The position numbers and the translations under genes were made by a program. The notes under the pieces are model-generated. The model made no database searches. It had not been told where the DNA came from and was given only the letters and a program-made list of their open reading frames with translations. A stretch of 64,000 bases of DNA from an uncultured Bacteroides sp. (GTDB lineage Bacteria; Bacteroidota; Bacteroidia; Bacteroidales; Bacteroidaceae): assembly GCA_944322345.1 (NCBI GenBank), contig CALUOO010000007.1, positions 57,198 to 121,197 on the forward strand, written 5' to 3'. Within the stretch, counting starts at the first letter, position 1. Each line of letters starts with the position of its first letter. Of this stretch, positions 11,509 through 21,020 are shown one piece after another.

Positions 11509-13062
11509 ATGAGCAATCAACTTGAAAAAATTAAAGAACTCATCGAACGCCGTGCCAATGCACGTCTTGGTGGTGGTGAGAAAGCAATAGCAAAACAACA
11601 CGAAAAAGGAAAATATACGGCACGCGAACGTATAGCTATGCTGTTGGACGAAGGAAGTTTCGAAGAAATGGACATGTTCGTAGAACACAGATGTACCAAC
11701 TTCGGTATGGACAAAAAACATTATCCGGGTGACGGTGTAGTAACAGGTTGTGGAACCATTGACGGACGACTGGTTTACGTCTTTGCTCAAGACTTTACTG
11801 TATCTGCCGGTTCATTGTCTGAAACAATGGCTTTGAAAATCTGCAAAATCATGGATCAGGCTATGAAAATGGGTGCTCCCTGTATCGGTATCAATGACTC
11901 AGGTGGTGCACGTATTCAAGAAGGCATCAATGCTTTGGCTGGATTTGCAGAAATCTTCCAACGTAATATTCTAGCATCTGGAGTTATTCCGCAAATTTCA
12001 GGAATTTTCGGTCCATGCGCCGGCGGTGCAGTATACTCACCGGCACTGACAGACTTTACTTTGATGATGGAAGGCACTTCATACATGTTCCTCACCGGAC
12101 CGAAAGTTGTAAAAACCGTTACGGGTGAAGATGTAAGCCAAGAAAATCTTGGAGGAGCAAGTGTACACTCTACCAAATCTGGTGTAACCCACTTCACAGC
12201 AGCAACAGAAGAAGAAGCTTTGGCTCTAATTCGCAGATTGCTCAGCTATATTCCTCAGAACAATTTGGAAGAGCCTCCTTATATCGACTGTACAGACCCA
12301 ATCGACCGTTTGGAAGATTCTCTGAATGAAATTATTCCCGATAGCCCGAACAAGCCATACGACATGTATGAGGTTATAGGTGCGATTGTTGACAATGGTG
12401 AATTCCTCGAAATACAAAAGGACTATGCAAAGAATATCATCATCGGATTTGCACGTTTCAACGGACAATCAGTCGGAATCGTTGCCAACCAACCGAAATA
12501 TCTGGCAGGTGTATTGGACAGTAATGCATCACGCAAAGGAGCACGATTCGTTCGTTTCTGTGATGCCTTTAATATTCCTATCGTATCATTAGTAGACGTT
12601 CCGGGATTCCTTCCAGGAACAGGACAAGAGTACAACGGAGTCATCCTTCATGGCGCAAAACTACTTTATGCCTACGGAGAAGCTACAGTTCCTAAAGTAA
12701 CCATTACTCTGCGTAAATCATACGGAGGTTCTCATATCGTAATGAGTTGTAAACAGCTTCGCGGTGATATGAACTATGCTTGGCCAACAGCAGAAATCGC
12801 TGTAATGGGTGGAGCTGGAGCAGTAGAAGTATTATATGCAAGAGAAGCAAAGGAACACGAAAACCCTGCACAATTCCTTGCAGAAAAAGAAGCAGAATAT
12901 ACCAAACTTTTTGCCAATCCTTACAATGCAGCAAAATATGGCTATATCGATGACGTAATCGAACCTCGCAATACTCGATTCCGCATCATCCGTGCTCTGC
13001 AACAACTTCAGACCAAGAAGTTGGCCAATCCATCAAAAAAACACGGAAACATTCCATTGTAA
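11509..13062 (+). CDS. mmdA: Methylmalonyl-CoA decarboxylase alpha / acyl-CoA carboxyltransferase subunit
   Basis: [29 protein letters not shown] and KKHGNIPL; operon context. Confidence 0.93.
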   Translation: MSNQLEKIKELIERRANARLGGGEKAIAKQHEKGKYTARERIAMLLDEGSFEEMDMFVEHRCTNFGMDKKHYPGDGVVTGCGTIDGRLVYVFAQDFTVSAGSLSETMALKICKIMDQAMKMGAPCIGINDSGGARIQEGINALAGFAEIFQRNILASGVIPQISGIFGPCAGGAVYSPALTDFTLMMEGTSYMFLTGPKVVKTVTGEDVSQENLGGASVHSTKSGVTHFTAATEEEALALIRRLLSYIPQNNLEEPPYIDCTDPIDRLEDSLNEIIPDSPNKPYDMYEVIGAIVDNGEFLEIQKDYAKNIIIGFARFNGQSVGIVANQPKYLAGVLDSNASRKGARFVRFCDAFNIPIVSLVDVPGFLPGTGQEYNGVILHGAKLLYAYGEATVPKVTITLRKSYGGSHIVMSCKQLRGDMNYAWPTAEIAVMGGAGAVEVLYAREAKEHENPAQFLAEKEAEYTKLFANPYNAAKYGYIDDVIEPRNTRFRIIRALQQLQTKKLANPSKKHGNIPL

Positions 13063-13083
13063 ACATTAAAAAGAGAAAAGATT

Positions 13084-14022
13084 ATGAACAAAAACAAAAT
13101 CGGAATATTTCTTTCCTTGTTAATGTTGATGGGACTTTACTCTTGTGGAACACAGACTTCAAACAAGAAATTACTGCTTAATGAAGTTCTTATCAATAAC
13201 CAGAGTAATTTCCAAGACGACTATGGAATACACAGCGCATGGATTGAAATATTCAACAAATCATATGGTAGTGCCGATCTGGCAGGATGTCTACTGAAAG
13301 TAAGCACCCAGCCGGGAGACACAATCACTTACTTCATCCCCAAAGGTGATGTATTGACACTGATCAAGCCACGCCAACATGCACTATTTTGGGCTGATGG
13401 TGAACCAAACCGAGGAACATTCCATACCAATTTTAAGCTCAATGCCAACACAGACAATTGGATCGGATTGTTCGATTCTGGCCGTAAACTGATAGACCAA
13501 ATTGTCATCCCCGGAGGAATTCTCGCAGAGAATCAGTCCTATGCACGTGTCAGCGATGCAGCCGATCAATGGGAAGTAAAAGGTGAAACCCCTGATAAAT
13601 ATGTTACTCCAAGCACCAACAACAAGACTATTGATAGTAACGCTAAGATGGAGAAATTCGAAGAACATGATGCAATAGGTGTTGGTATGACTATTTCTGC
13701 CATGAGTGTCGTATTTACAGGACTACTTTTACTTTATATTTCTTTCAGAATTATCGGTAAAATCTCTGTCAGCTTGAGCAAGCGCAACACAATGAAAGCA
13801 AAAGGCATTGATAAACATGAAGCCAAAGAACTTTCTCAAGCACCGGGAGAAGTATACGCTGCCATTTCAATGGCTTTACACCAGATGCAGGACGAAGTAC
13901 ACGATGTAGAAGAAACAGTCCTGACTATTACACGTGTTAAACGTAGCTACTCACCATGGAGCTCAAAAATTTACACATTACGAGGATTGCCCAATCAGTT
14001 TAAACATTCAACTAAAAGATAA
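13084..14022 (+). CDS. Lamin-tail-domain / OadG-family (delta/gamma) membrane subunit with lipoprotein-like N-terminus
   Basis: Lipobox-like LYSC, LTD-like LNEV...WIEIFN, then TM segment MSVVFTGLLLLYISF and an OadG-like C-terminus. Confidence 0.8.
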   Translation: MNKNKIGIFLSLLMLMGLYSCGTQTSNKKLLLNEVLINNQSNFQDDYGIHSAWIEIFNKSYGSADLAGCLLKVSTQPGDTITYFIPKGDVLTLIKPRQHALFWADGEPNRGTFHTNFKLNANTDNWIGLFDSGRKLIDQIVIPGGILAENQSYARVSDAADQWEVKGETPDKYVTPSTNNKTIDSNAKMEKFEEHDAIGVGMTISAMSVVFTGLLLLYISFRIIGKISVSLSKRNTMKAKGIDKHEAKELSQAPGEVYAAISMALHQMQDEVHDVEETVLTITRVKRSYSPWSSKIYTLRGLPNQFKHSTKR

Positions 14023-14030
14023 ATACTGCA

Positions 14031-14465
14031 ATGAAAGAATATAAATATAAAATCAACGGTAACTTATATAAAGTTACTATCGGAGATATCGAAGACAATA
14101 TTGCTCATGTAGAAGTTAACGGCACACATTACCAAGTAGAAATGGAAAAACCGGCTAAAGCACCGGTTGTAAAGCCTGTTGTGCGCCCTACCTCTACAGC
14201 TCCTGCAGCTCCAACAACACAAGTAGTAAAACCTGCGACTCCTTCAGGAGGAAAATCAGGCGTGAAATCCCCTCTGCCTGGTGTCATTCTTGAAATAAAA
14301 GTGAACGTTGGTGACACTGTAAAGAAAGGACAAACAATCATCATTCTTGAAGCCATGAAAATGGAAAATAACATTAATGCTGATAAAGACGGAAAGATTA
14401 CCGCTATTAATGTAAACAAAGGCGATTCTGTTCTCGAAGGCACTGATCTAGTAATTATTGAATAA
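14031..14465 (+). CDS. mmdC: Biotin carboxyl carrier subunit
   Basis: Ala/Pro-rich linker and the EAMKMEN biotinylation motif. Confidence 0.95.
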   Translation: MKEYKYKINGNLYKVTIGDIEDNIAHVEVNGTHYQVEMEKPAKAPVVKPVVRPTSTAPAAPTTQVVKPATPSGGKSGVKSPLPGVILEIKVNVGDTVKKGQTIIILEAMKMENNINADKDGKITAINVNKGDSVLEGTDLVIIE

Positions 14466-14466
14466 T

Positions 14467-15627
14467 ATGGGAGATTTCATTAACTTTTTAGGAAATAATC
14501 TGGCTGATTTCTGGACATATACCGGATTTGCGAATGCAACCGCTGGACATGTTGTCATGATTCTGGTAGGTTTGTTTTTCATCTATCTGGCAGTAGCTAA
14601 AGAATTTGAGCCAATGCTACTGATTCCTATCGGATTCGGTATCTTAATCGGTAATATTCCTTTCAACATGGAAGCCGGCCTGAAAGTCGGTATCTATGAA
14701 GAAGGATCCGTGTTAAATATATTATATCAAGGAGTAACTTCAGGTTGGTATCCGCCTCTCATCTTCCTTGGTATCGGAGCAATGACCGACTTTTCTGCAC
14801 TGATTTCAAACCCCAAATTGATGTTAATCGGAGCTGCAGCCCAGTTTGGTATTTTCGGTGCTTATATGATTGCACTAGCTATTGGTTTCGACCCGATGCA
14901 GGCAGGAGCTATCGGTATTATTGGTGGAGCAGATGGACCGACCGCTATCTTCCTTTCATCCAAATTGGCACCCAATCTGATGGGAGCAATCGCCGTATCA
15001 GCCTACTCATATATGGCATTGGTACCCGTTATACAACCTCCTATCATGCGTTTACTTACCACTAAGAACGAACGTCTGATTCGCATGAAGCCTCCTCGTG
15101 CAGTGTCTCATACAGAAAAAGTGGTATTCCCCATCATTGGTCTGTTGTTGACAACTTTCTTGGTTCCCTCAGGTCTGCCATTGCTAGGCATGTTATTCTT
15201 TGGCAATTTATTGAAAGAAAGTGGAGTAACTCGCCGTCTTGCCAACACAGCCAGCGGTCCTTTGATTGATACAATTACCATTCTGTTAGGACTGACTGTA
15301 GGAGCTTCTACCCAAGCATCTGAGTTCCTGACTTGGGATTCTATCAAGATATTCATCCTTGGAGCATTGTCGTTCATTATTGCTACAGCTTCAGGAGTTA
15401 TCTTTGTAAAAATCTTCAACCTCTTCCTGAAAAAAGGTAACAAGATTAATCCGCTGATCGGTAATGCTGGTGTATCTGCAGTTCCTGACTCTGCACGTAT
15501 TTCACAAGTAGTAGGTTTGGAATACGATCCTACAAACTACCTGTTGATGCATGCCATGGGACCGAATGTAGCAGGTGTTATTGGTTCAGCAGTTGCAGCC
15601 GGTATATTGCTGGGATTCCTGATGTAA
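14467..15627 (+). CDS. mmdB: Na+-translocating decarboxylase beta subunit
   Basis: FEPMLLIPIGFG, IGIIGGADGPT and HAMGPNVAGVIGS; ATG at 14467 preferred over TTG at 14458. Confidence 0.95.
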   Translation: MGDFINFLGNNLADFWTYTGFANATAGHVVMILVGLFFIYLAVAKEFEPMLLIPIGFGILIGNIPFNMEAGLKVGIYEEGSVLNILYQGVTSGWYPPLIFLGIGAMTDFSALISNPKLMLIGAAAQFGIFGAYMIALAIGFDPMQAGAIGIIGGADGPTAIFLSSKLAPNLMGAIAVSAYSYMALVPVIQPPIMRLLTTKNERLIRMKPPRAVSHTEKVVFPIIGLLLTTFLVPSGLPLLGMLFFGNLLKESGVTRRLANTASGPLIDTITILLGLTVGASTQASEFLTWDSIKIFILGALSFIIATASGVIFVKIFNLFLKKGNKINPLIGNAGVSAVPDSARISQVVGLEYDPTNYLLMHAMGPNVAGVIGSAVAAGILLGFLM

Positions 15628-15650
15628 AATCATCCTTTATAGCACATTCA

Positions 15651-15684
15651 TAAAACCACCACTATAATTTAGTTGGTGGTTTTA
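15651..15684 (+). terminator. Intrinsic terminator of the mmd operon
   Basis: TAAAACCACCA / TGGTGGTTTTA followed by a T-rich run. Confidence 0.75.
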
Positions 15685-15790
15685 TTTTTATTTTTATCCC
15701 CCCAAAAACCTGAACTTCATAAAAAGGAGTTGAAGAAAACTTCAACAAACCATTATTTCATTCCGGAAAGTCCTTCGAAGCAAAAATAAA

Positions 15791-15821
15791 AGAGGTTACT
15801 GCCTAACCGACAGTAACCTCT
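15791..15821 (-). terminator. Terminator of fba
   Basis: AGAGGTTACTG / CAGTAACCTCT, 11-bp arms with an A-run on the left side. Confidence 0.75.
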
Positions 15822-15853
15822 CTCCTATTGTTTAAATCAACAATCTATTTCAA

Positions 15854-16858
15854 TTATTCAGCCAACTTATTGTCTGAACCCAATACATTGATGATTTTGT
15901 GCTTATACAATTTTTCCATGTTATCGCGAGCCGGACCCAGATACTTACGAGGATCAAATTCTGCCGGTTTTTCAGCGAATACTTTACGGATAGCAGCAGT
16001 CATAGCCAAGCGAGAGTCTGAGTCGATATTGATCTTACATACAGCAGACTTAGCAGCCTTACGCAATTCATCTTCAGGTATACCGATAGCTGCTTCCAAT
16101 TTACCACCAAACTTATTGATAGTATCAACTTCTTCCTGAGGAACTGAAGAAGATCCGTGAAGAACGATTGGGAATCCCGGAAGTTTCTCCATTACAGCAT
16201 CCAAAACTGCAAATTCCAATGGAGGAGGAACTAAACGGCCAGTCTTCGGATCAACGTGGCACTGTTCTGGTTTGAACTTGTAAGCACCGTGAGAAGTACC
16301 GATTGAGATAGCCAATGAATCACAACCTGTACGAGTAGCGAAGTCGATTACCTCCTCAGGGTTAGTATAAGTATGGTGCTCTGCAGAAACTTCGTCTTCT
16401 ACACCTGCCAATACACCCAGCTCACCTTCTACAGTTACATCAAACTGATGAGCGTAATCAACTACCTTCTTAGTCAATGCAACATTTTCCTCATAAGGCA
16501 GATGAGAACCGTCGATCATTACAGAAGAGAATCCCATGTCGATACAAGACTTGCAAAGTTCGAAACTATCACCATGATCCAAGTGAAGAACAATTTCAGG
16601 ATGAGCACAACCCAATTCCTTAGCATATTCTACAGCGCCCTCAGCCATGTAACGCAGCAAAGTCTGGTTTGCATAGTTACGTGCACCTTTAGAAACCTGA
16701 AGAATAACCGGAGATTTAGTTTCTACTGCAGCCTTAATAATAGCTTGCAGCTGCTCCATATTGTTGAAGTTGAAAGCCGGAATAGCATATCCGCCTTTAA
16801 TAGCTCTCGCAAACATTTCCTTGGTGTTTACCAAGCCTAAATCCTTGTAATTTACCAT
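15854..16858 (-). CDS. fba: Fructose-bisphosphate aldolase class II
   Basis: LHLDHG, VMIDGSH, VEGELG, GTSHGAYK and VLHGSS motifs. Confidence 0.97.
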   Translation of the reverse strand: MVNYKDLGLVNTKEMFARAIKGGYAIPAFNFNNMEQLQAIIKAAVETKSPVILQVSKGARNYANQTLLRYMAEGAVEYAKELGCAHPEIVLHLDHGDSFELCKSCIDMGFSSVMIDGSHLPYEENVALTKKVVDYAHQFDVTVEGELGVLAGVEDEVSAEHHTYTNPEEVIDFATRTGCDSLAISIGTSHGAYKFKPEQCHVDPKTGRLVPPPLEFAVLDAVMEKLPGFPIVLHGSSSVPQEEVDTINKFGGKLEAAIGIPEDELRKAAKSAVCKINIDSDSRLAMTAAIRKVFAEKPAEFDPRKYLGPARDNMEKLYKHKIINVLGSDNKLAE

Positions 16859-17116
16859 TTTGTTTAAATTTTATTGTTAGTGAATCAAAATTCTATGCAA
16901 AAGTAAGCATTTCCTTATTAATAACGAACGGTGTATAAGAAAATATAGTAGAAAAAGGCTTAAATCACTATGTCCTGTTAAAAAATACACATAAAATTTT
17001 TCATAGATTCATAGAAAAGACCTATCTTTGCGCTCTGAAAAAAGAGACCATTACACACTATTTGTTACCAGACAATTAGGAAAAAGAATATTAATTATTT
17101 AAACGTACGTACAGAA

Positions 17117-17368
17117 ATGAAAAAAGGTATTCATCCAGAAAATTACCGTCCGGTGGTATTCAAAGATATGTCAAACGGCGATATGTTTTTGTCTCGCTCA
17201 ACCGTAGCTACTAAAGAAACCATCGAATTTGAAGGTGAAACTTATCCATTGGTAAAGATTGAAATTTCAAGTTCTTCACACCCATTCTACACTGGAAAAT
17301 CTACTTTGGTAGATACTGCAGGTCGTGTTGATAAGTTCATGAGCCGTTACGGAAACCGTAAGAAATAA
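17117..17368 (+). CDS. rpmE2: 50S ribosomal protein L31 type B
   Basis: [17 protein letters not shown]...[10 protein letters not shown]...AGRVDKF with no CxxC; TATCTTTG promoter element at 17023-17030. Confidence 0.97.
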   Translation: MKKGIHPENYRPVVFKDMSNGDMFLSRSTVATKETIEFEGETYPLVKIEISSSSHPFYTGKSTLVDTAGRVDKFMSRYGNRKK

Positions 17369-17395
17369 TCTATCTGAGATTTAAGATACAGACAG

Positions 17396-17428
17396 AAGGA
17401 GACTCCCTGCGCAAGGAGTCTCCTTTTT
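17396..17428 (+). terminator. Intrinsic terminator of rpmE2
   Basis: AAGGAGACTCC / GGAGTCTCCTT followed by TTT. Confidence 0.85.
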
Positions 17429-17594
17429 GTTTGCCTTCCCCACCTCTTATTGCTACTACCCGACGTCATCTACCTATATAACAAAAGAGCCAAACGCAAC
17501 TATACACTCCCTTTCCAGCCTCTCTTTATCTAACTCTAGACGAAGATTATTATCTTCCTTCGCAAAGATTAACCTGCTTCTTCCGCAATTTTCT

Positions 17595-17685
17595 TTCGTA
17601 TCACGTAGGTATTCCGTTCGTATCACTTAAGTCAACCGTTCGTATCACTAATGTTATCCTTTCGTATCACTAAGGTGATACGAAA
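17595..17685. repeat. Four TTCGTATCAC direct repeats at 22-bp period, ending in an inverted copy
   Basis: Copies at 17595, 17617, 17639 and 17661; perfect hairpin TTTCGTATCAC-TAAG-GTGATACGAAA at 17660-17685. Confidence 0.9.
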
Positions 17686-17859
17686 TAAAATTGCAATCAG
17701 AACAGTATAGATCCACTGAAGACAAACACTAAATGCCTAATATATTTCCTTTAATGCCCTATACTGTTGAAACAAATGACTGCAACATTGCTAATATGTT
17801 ATGCAGCAGGTCTACATAAAAAACAGAGAGAAAAAAAACGGATTCCGTCTCATTTTTAA

Positions 17860-17867
17860 TAACTTTG
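17860..17867 (+). promoter_or_regulatory. -7 promoter element for the accessory operon leader
   Basis: TAACTTTG matches TAnnTTTG, about 430 nt upstream of the first gene. Confidence 0.6.
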
Positions 17868-17871
17868 CACC

Positions 17872-18204
17872 ATATTCCTGCGCCGACAATCCGTAGAGAT
17901 GGAAGGAGTGGGAATGTAGATTTATACATAAAAGGCGTTTACTTGACGCTTTGATTTTGACAATGTAAGAATCTCGCAAATTCAAACGGTTAGTCAAAGA
18001 CAAAGCAACGGTGAATGCTCTCGGGGTGTTTTTATATGCATCTGTGTACTCTTATACCTATTTATATAATAAGGTATAAAAGGAAAGGGTGTATACTATA
18101 CAGACATCGGCGTGGGGCTTTCGACGTTGCTCGTTTCGACTAACCGGGCAATGCGAGAGCCTTTACATTGTGGAACGAGCGACAGGATCGGCTCCACGTT
18201 TTTT
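17872..18204 (+). ncRNA. Putative structured leader RNA / attenuator
   Basis: Nested complementary blocks 17960-68/18163-71, 17972-78/18152-58, 17987-95/18138-46, 18004-10/18125-31, 18041-48/18097-104 and 18052-59/18072-79; a terminator-like GTGGA...TCCAC plus T-run at 18170-18204. Confidence 0.55.
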
Positions 18205-18294
18205 GTGTATAGGGGAAAGAATGTTTTATAAACCTCTTTGTTTTGGTAGCCGACAAAGAAGCATGGAAAATCGTGATTACCAACAACTGATAAA

Positions 18295-19782
18295 ATGGAC
18301 TCTGTAATCAATAAATACATTGCTGTTTATCTTGACAGCTATGTCAGGTCGTTTCGTAGTTCCTGTCGTAGTAGATATACGGTAAATATTGGTGGTCTTG
18401 CCAATTTTATTGCTATAGATGACCTAGACGTTACTTTTCTTATCAATAAGCTACATTTATACGATTTTGATGTAGTTATTTCCAAAGGGCAGGATATTAT
18501 TGATGAGATTCAGGTAGAATATACTTGTGAAAATGATGGGAAGTGTGAACTTTTTGAATATAAAATAGAGAGCCTGATTTCAATTATAAGTTTGTCAAGT
18601 AAAACAGGTATTTCCATTGTTGGAATACTCGTTATGCAAATTATCTCAAACATTATTTGTAAATCCAAGACTATATATAAAGCAATTGTACTTGATCTTG
18701 ACGACACTGTATGGAAAGGTACACTTGCAGAAGATGGTATTGAGGCAATCAAACAAAATTTAAGTTCAATTGATGCTATACCCTTCGTTATGTTTATGCG
18801 TTTCGTTCGGTTGGCAGCAAAAGAGTTGGGATTATATATAGCAATATGCTCACGCAACAACCTTGATGATGTGCAGGCTGCTATTGATAAATTTAATGAG
18901 AATGAATTTCCATTAAAAGGGCAGATAGATTGTATTGTTGCCAATTATAATGATAAAAGCAAGAACATAAAAGCCATAGCTCAGCAATTGTCGATATTAA
19001 CAAATGCTTGTGTTTTTATTGATGATAACCCATTAGTTCGTGACGAGGTTAGAAGCAATTTGCCTGAAGTATTTGTGCCAGACTGGGAGAATCACGATGG
19101 TCTGCTAACATTGTTGGAGGCTTGCTGTATTTTTGATAGATTTGAACTTTCGTTGAAATCAAGAAACCGCAAACGATTATATGCGGTTTTACAGCAGGAG
19201 CGTGAAAAAAGTTGTCTTCCACAACTATTCGTAAAAGTTAATGATGATATAAACCATGTTCAGGCTAGAAAGTTATATGCAAAATCAAACCAATTTAAGC
19301 TTATTTCTGAACAAATTAACTTTTCAAATACAAAATCTATATCCTTTGAGCTATTGCGTTCTAATGGCGAAAATTTAGGGATTTGTTCAACTATTACATA
19401 TTCAATTGATGGTTCAATATGCAGTATTCTAAATTGGGCTATCAGCTGTCGGTATTTTGAAATTGGTTTGGAAGAATTTATCATTTTATACTTGAAAAAT
19501 CACTTACCAAAAGTGTCTTTTCAATTTGCTTGTCAATTCAATAAAGACAATAGAAAAATACAGAGTTTTATAGATAAATATTATGGATGCGTATTTTCAG
19601 ATAGTTGTGATAGCGTTCCTACCGACTGTGATTTATTTATAGAACACTTTAAATATGAGCGTTGTTTTTATAATCATCTGTATGTACTTCTAAGAAACAG
19701 AAATAAATTCAATGTATATTATATTAATAACGAATCAGTTGATATATTAAAAAGTAATACAAAATTAGAGCTTTATGAATAA
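18295..19782 (+). CDS. FkbH-like HAD-IIIC phosphatase
   Basis: HAD motifs I DLDDTVWKG, II CSRN, III DKS and IV FIDDNP; FkbH-like C-terminal KSNQF and WAISCRYF. Confidence 0.85.
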   Translation: MDSVINKYIAVYLDSYVRSFRSSCRSRYTVNIGGLANFIAIDDLDVTFLINKLHLYDFDVVISKGQDIIDEIQVEYTCENDGKCELFEYKIESLISIISLSSKTGISIVGILVMQIISNIICKSKTIYKAIVLDLDDTVWKGTLAEDGIEAIKQNLSSIDAIPFVMFMRFVRLAAKELGLYIAICSRNNLDDVQAAIDKFNENEFPLKGQIDCIVANYNDKSKNIKAIAQQLSILTNACVFIDDNPLVRDEVRSNLPEVFVPDWENHDGLLTLLEACCIFDRFELSLKSRNRKRLYAVLQQEREKSCLPQLFVKVNDDINHVQARKLYAKSNQFKLISEQINFSNTKSISFELLRSNGENLGICSTITYSIDGSICSILNWAISCRYFEIGLEEFIILYLKNHLPKVSFQFACQFNKDNRKIQSFIDKYYGCVFSDSCDSVPTDCDLFIEHFKYERCFYNHLYVLLRNRNKFNVYYINNESVDILKSNTKLELYE

Positions 19783-20563
19783 AAAACACATATATACCAT
19801 TGGATACACCTTGTTTCAAAAAGGAAGTTCAATAGATATTGAGAATATGTTTAATATATTGAAAAGATATAATGTGAATTTCTTGGTTGATGTTCGCTCC
19901 GTACCATTTTCAAAACAATATCCACAATGCAATGCTGACAATATGAAAATAGTAGGAAAGAGTTTAGGCATACAGTACATGAATATGCCAGAAATTGGAG
20001 CAAAAGCAAATAACCAGCAAGATGTTTTTTCCAAGGCATCAGACATATTCTTTGAGAATGAGTTTGTTTCCATTTTCCCCATAGCAAAAAGTTATCGCCC
20101 AGAAAAAACAGAATTACATGCTGATGATGAAATAATCGATTTCCGCAAATTTAGGCATGATGAGTATTTTGTAAGAGGATTAAAACGCATTGAAGATGCT
20201 TATAATAAAGATTTTACATTATGCTTAATGTGTAGCGAGAAAAAGCCGATGGATTGTCACAGATATTTCTTGATAAGTAAAGCCCTTGAACAGAGATTCG
20301 GAGATTGGCTTGAAGTAAAACATATTATCAAACAATCAGATGATGAGATAGGATATATCTTAAATACTGAATTGGATAAACAACTTGAGAAATTTGTTTG
20401 TGAAGAAAAAAATGTATTGAGTATGATGTTCAAAAATGAAATCCTTAAAAATTATTTTGGAGAAACAGAACAAGAGAAACTTAATGACTTCTGCGATAGA
20501 TACTGGAATCTACTGCATGGATGGAAAAGGTTTAACCACAATAATAACGAAAATTATGATTAA
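19775..20563 (+). CDS. DUF488 family protein (copy 1)
   Basis: IYTIGYT, LVDVRSVPFS and LMCSEKKPMDCHR motifs; 8-nt overlap with the upstream gene. Confidence 0.85.
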   Translation: MNKKHIYTIGYTLFQKGSSIDIENMFNILKRYNVNFLVDVRSVPFSKQYPQCNADNMKIVGKSLGIQYMNMPEIGAKANNQQDVFSKASDIFFENEFVSIFPIAKSYRPEKTELHADDEIIDFRKFRHDEYFVRGLKRIEDAYNKDFTLCLMCSEKKPMDCHRYFLISKALEQRFGDWLEVKHIIKQSDDEIGYILNTELDKQLEKFVCEEKNVLSMMFKNEILKNYFGETEQEKLNDFCDRYWNLLHGWKRFNHNNNENYD

Positions 20564-21020
20564 ATTATTTAACATTGGCTTCACACAAAAGACCGCAAAA
20601 GAATTTTTCGGAATCATTAAAACAAATCGTATTAATTGCCTTGTGGATATACGACTAAATCCTAACGGGCAATTATCACGTTTTGCATTTGAAAAAGATT
20701 TACCATTTTTCCTTTCGGAATTGTCAAACGGTTGCAAATACAAACATCGTATTGACTTGGCACCGACTAAGGAATTACTAAAAGAGGTTAGGGATAATGC
20801 TTCACCTATGAGTAAGAACTATAAACTGTTTGAGGTTGCTTACAGAAAACAACTCGAAACTAAATCTCGTATTTCTAATTTTGCAGATGAATTTGGGATG
20901 TATGAAAACGTTGTGTTACTGTGCTCTGAGCCAACAAACGAAAAGTGCCATAGAAGAGTTCTTAGTGAACTACTGCTTGAAAAATTTGGAGATCGCATTA
21001 AATTTGGAGGAAATTTATAA
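20556..21020 (+). CDS. DUF488 family protein (copy 2, different subtype)
   Basis: Start MIKLFNIGFTQKTAKEFF at 20556; LVDIRLNP, LAPTKELL and LLCSEPTNEKCHRR motifs. Confidence 0.85.
   Translation: MIKLFNIGFTQKTAKEFFGIIKTNRINCLVDIRLNPNGQLSRFAFEKDLPFFLSELSNGCKYKHRIDLAPTKELLKEVRDNASPMSKNYKLFEVAYRKQLETKSRISNFADEFGMYENVVLLCSEPTNEKCHRRVLSELLLEKFGDRIKFGGNL

Noticed and set aside
17872-18204. Retron msr-msd or DGR template RNA
   Set aside because: Long inverted repeats are present, but no reverse transcriptase (YxDD/VTG motifs) is encoded in the island or window, and there is no TR/VR pair.
18295-19782. Polyketide or capsule biosynthetic cluster around the FkbH-like gene
   Set aside because: No ACP, ketosynthase, acyl-CoA dehydrogenase or glycosyltransferase is adjacent; the neighbours are DUF488 and OB-like genes.
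20436-20555. Longer N-terminus for DUF488 copy 2, and similar extended starts for rlmB, dnaN, DUF3127, the AAA ATPase, lysA and nusB
   Set aside because: The family-typical N-termini begin at downstream ATGs, supported in some cases by gene overlaps or promoter positions.
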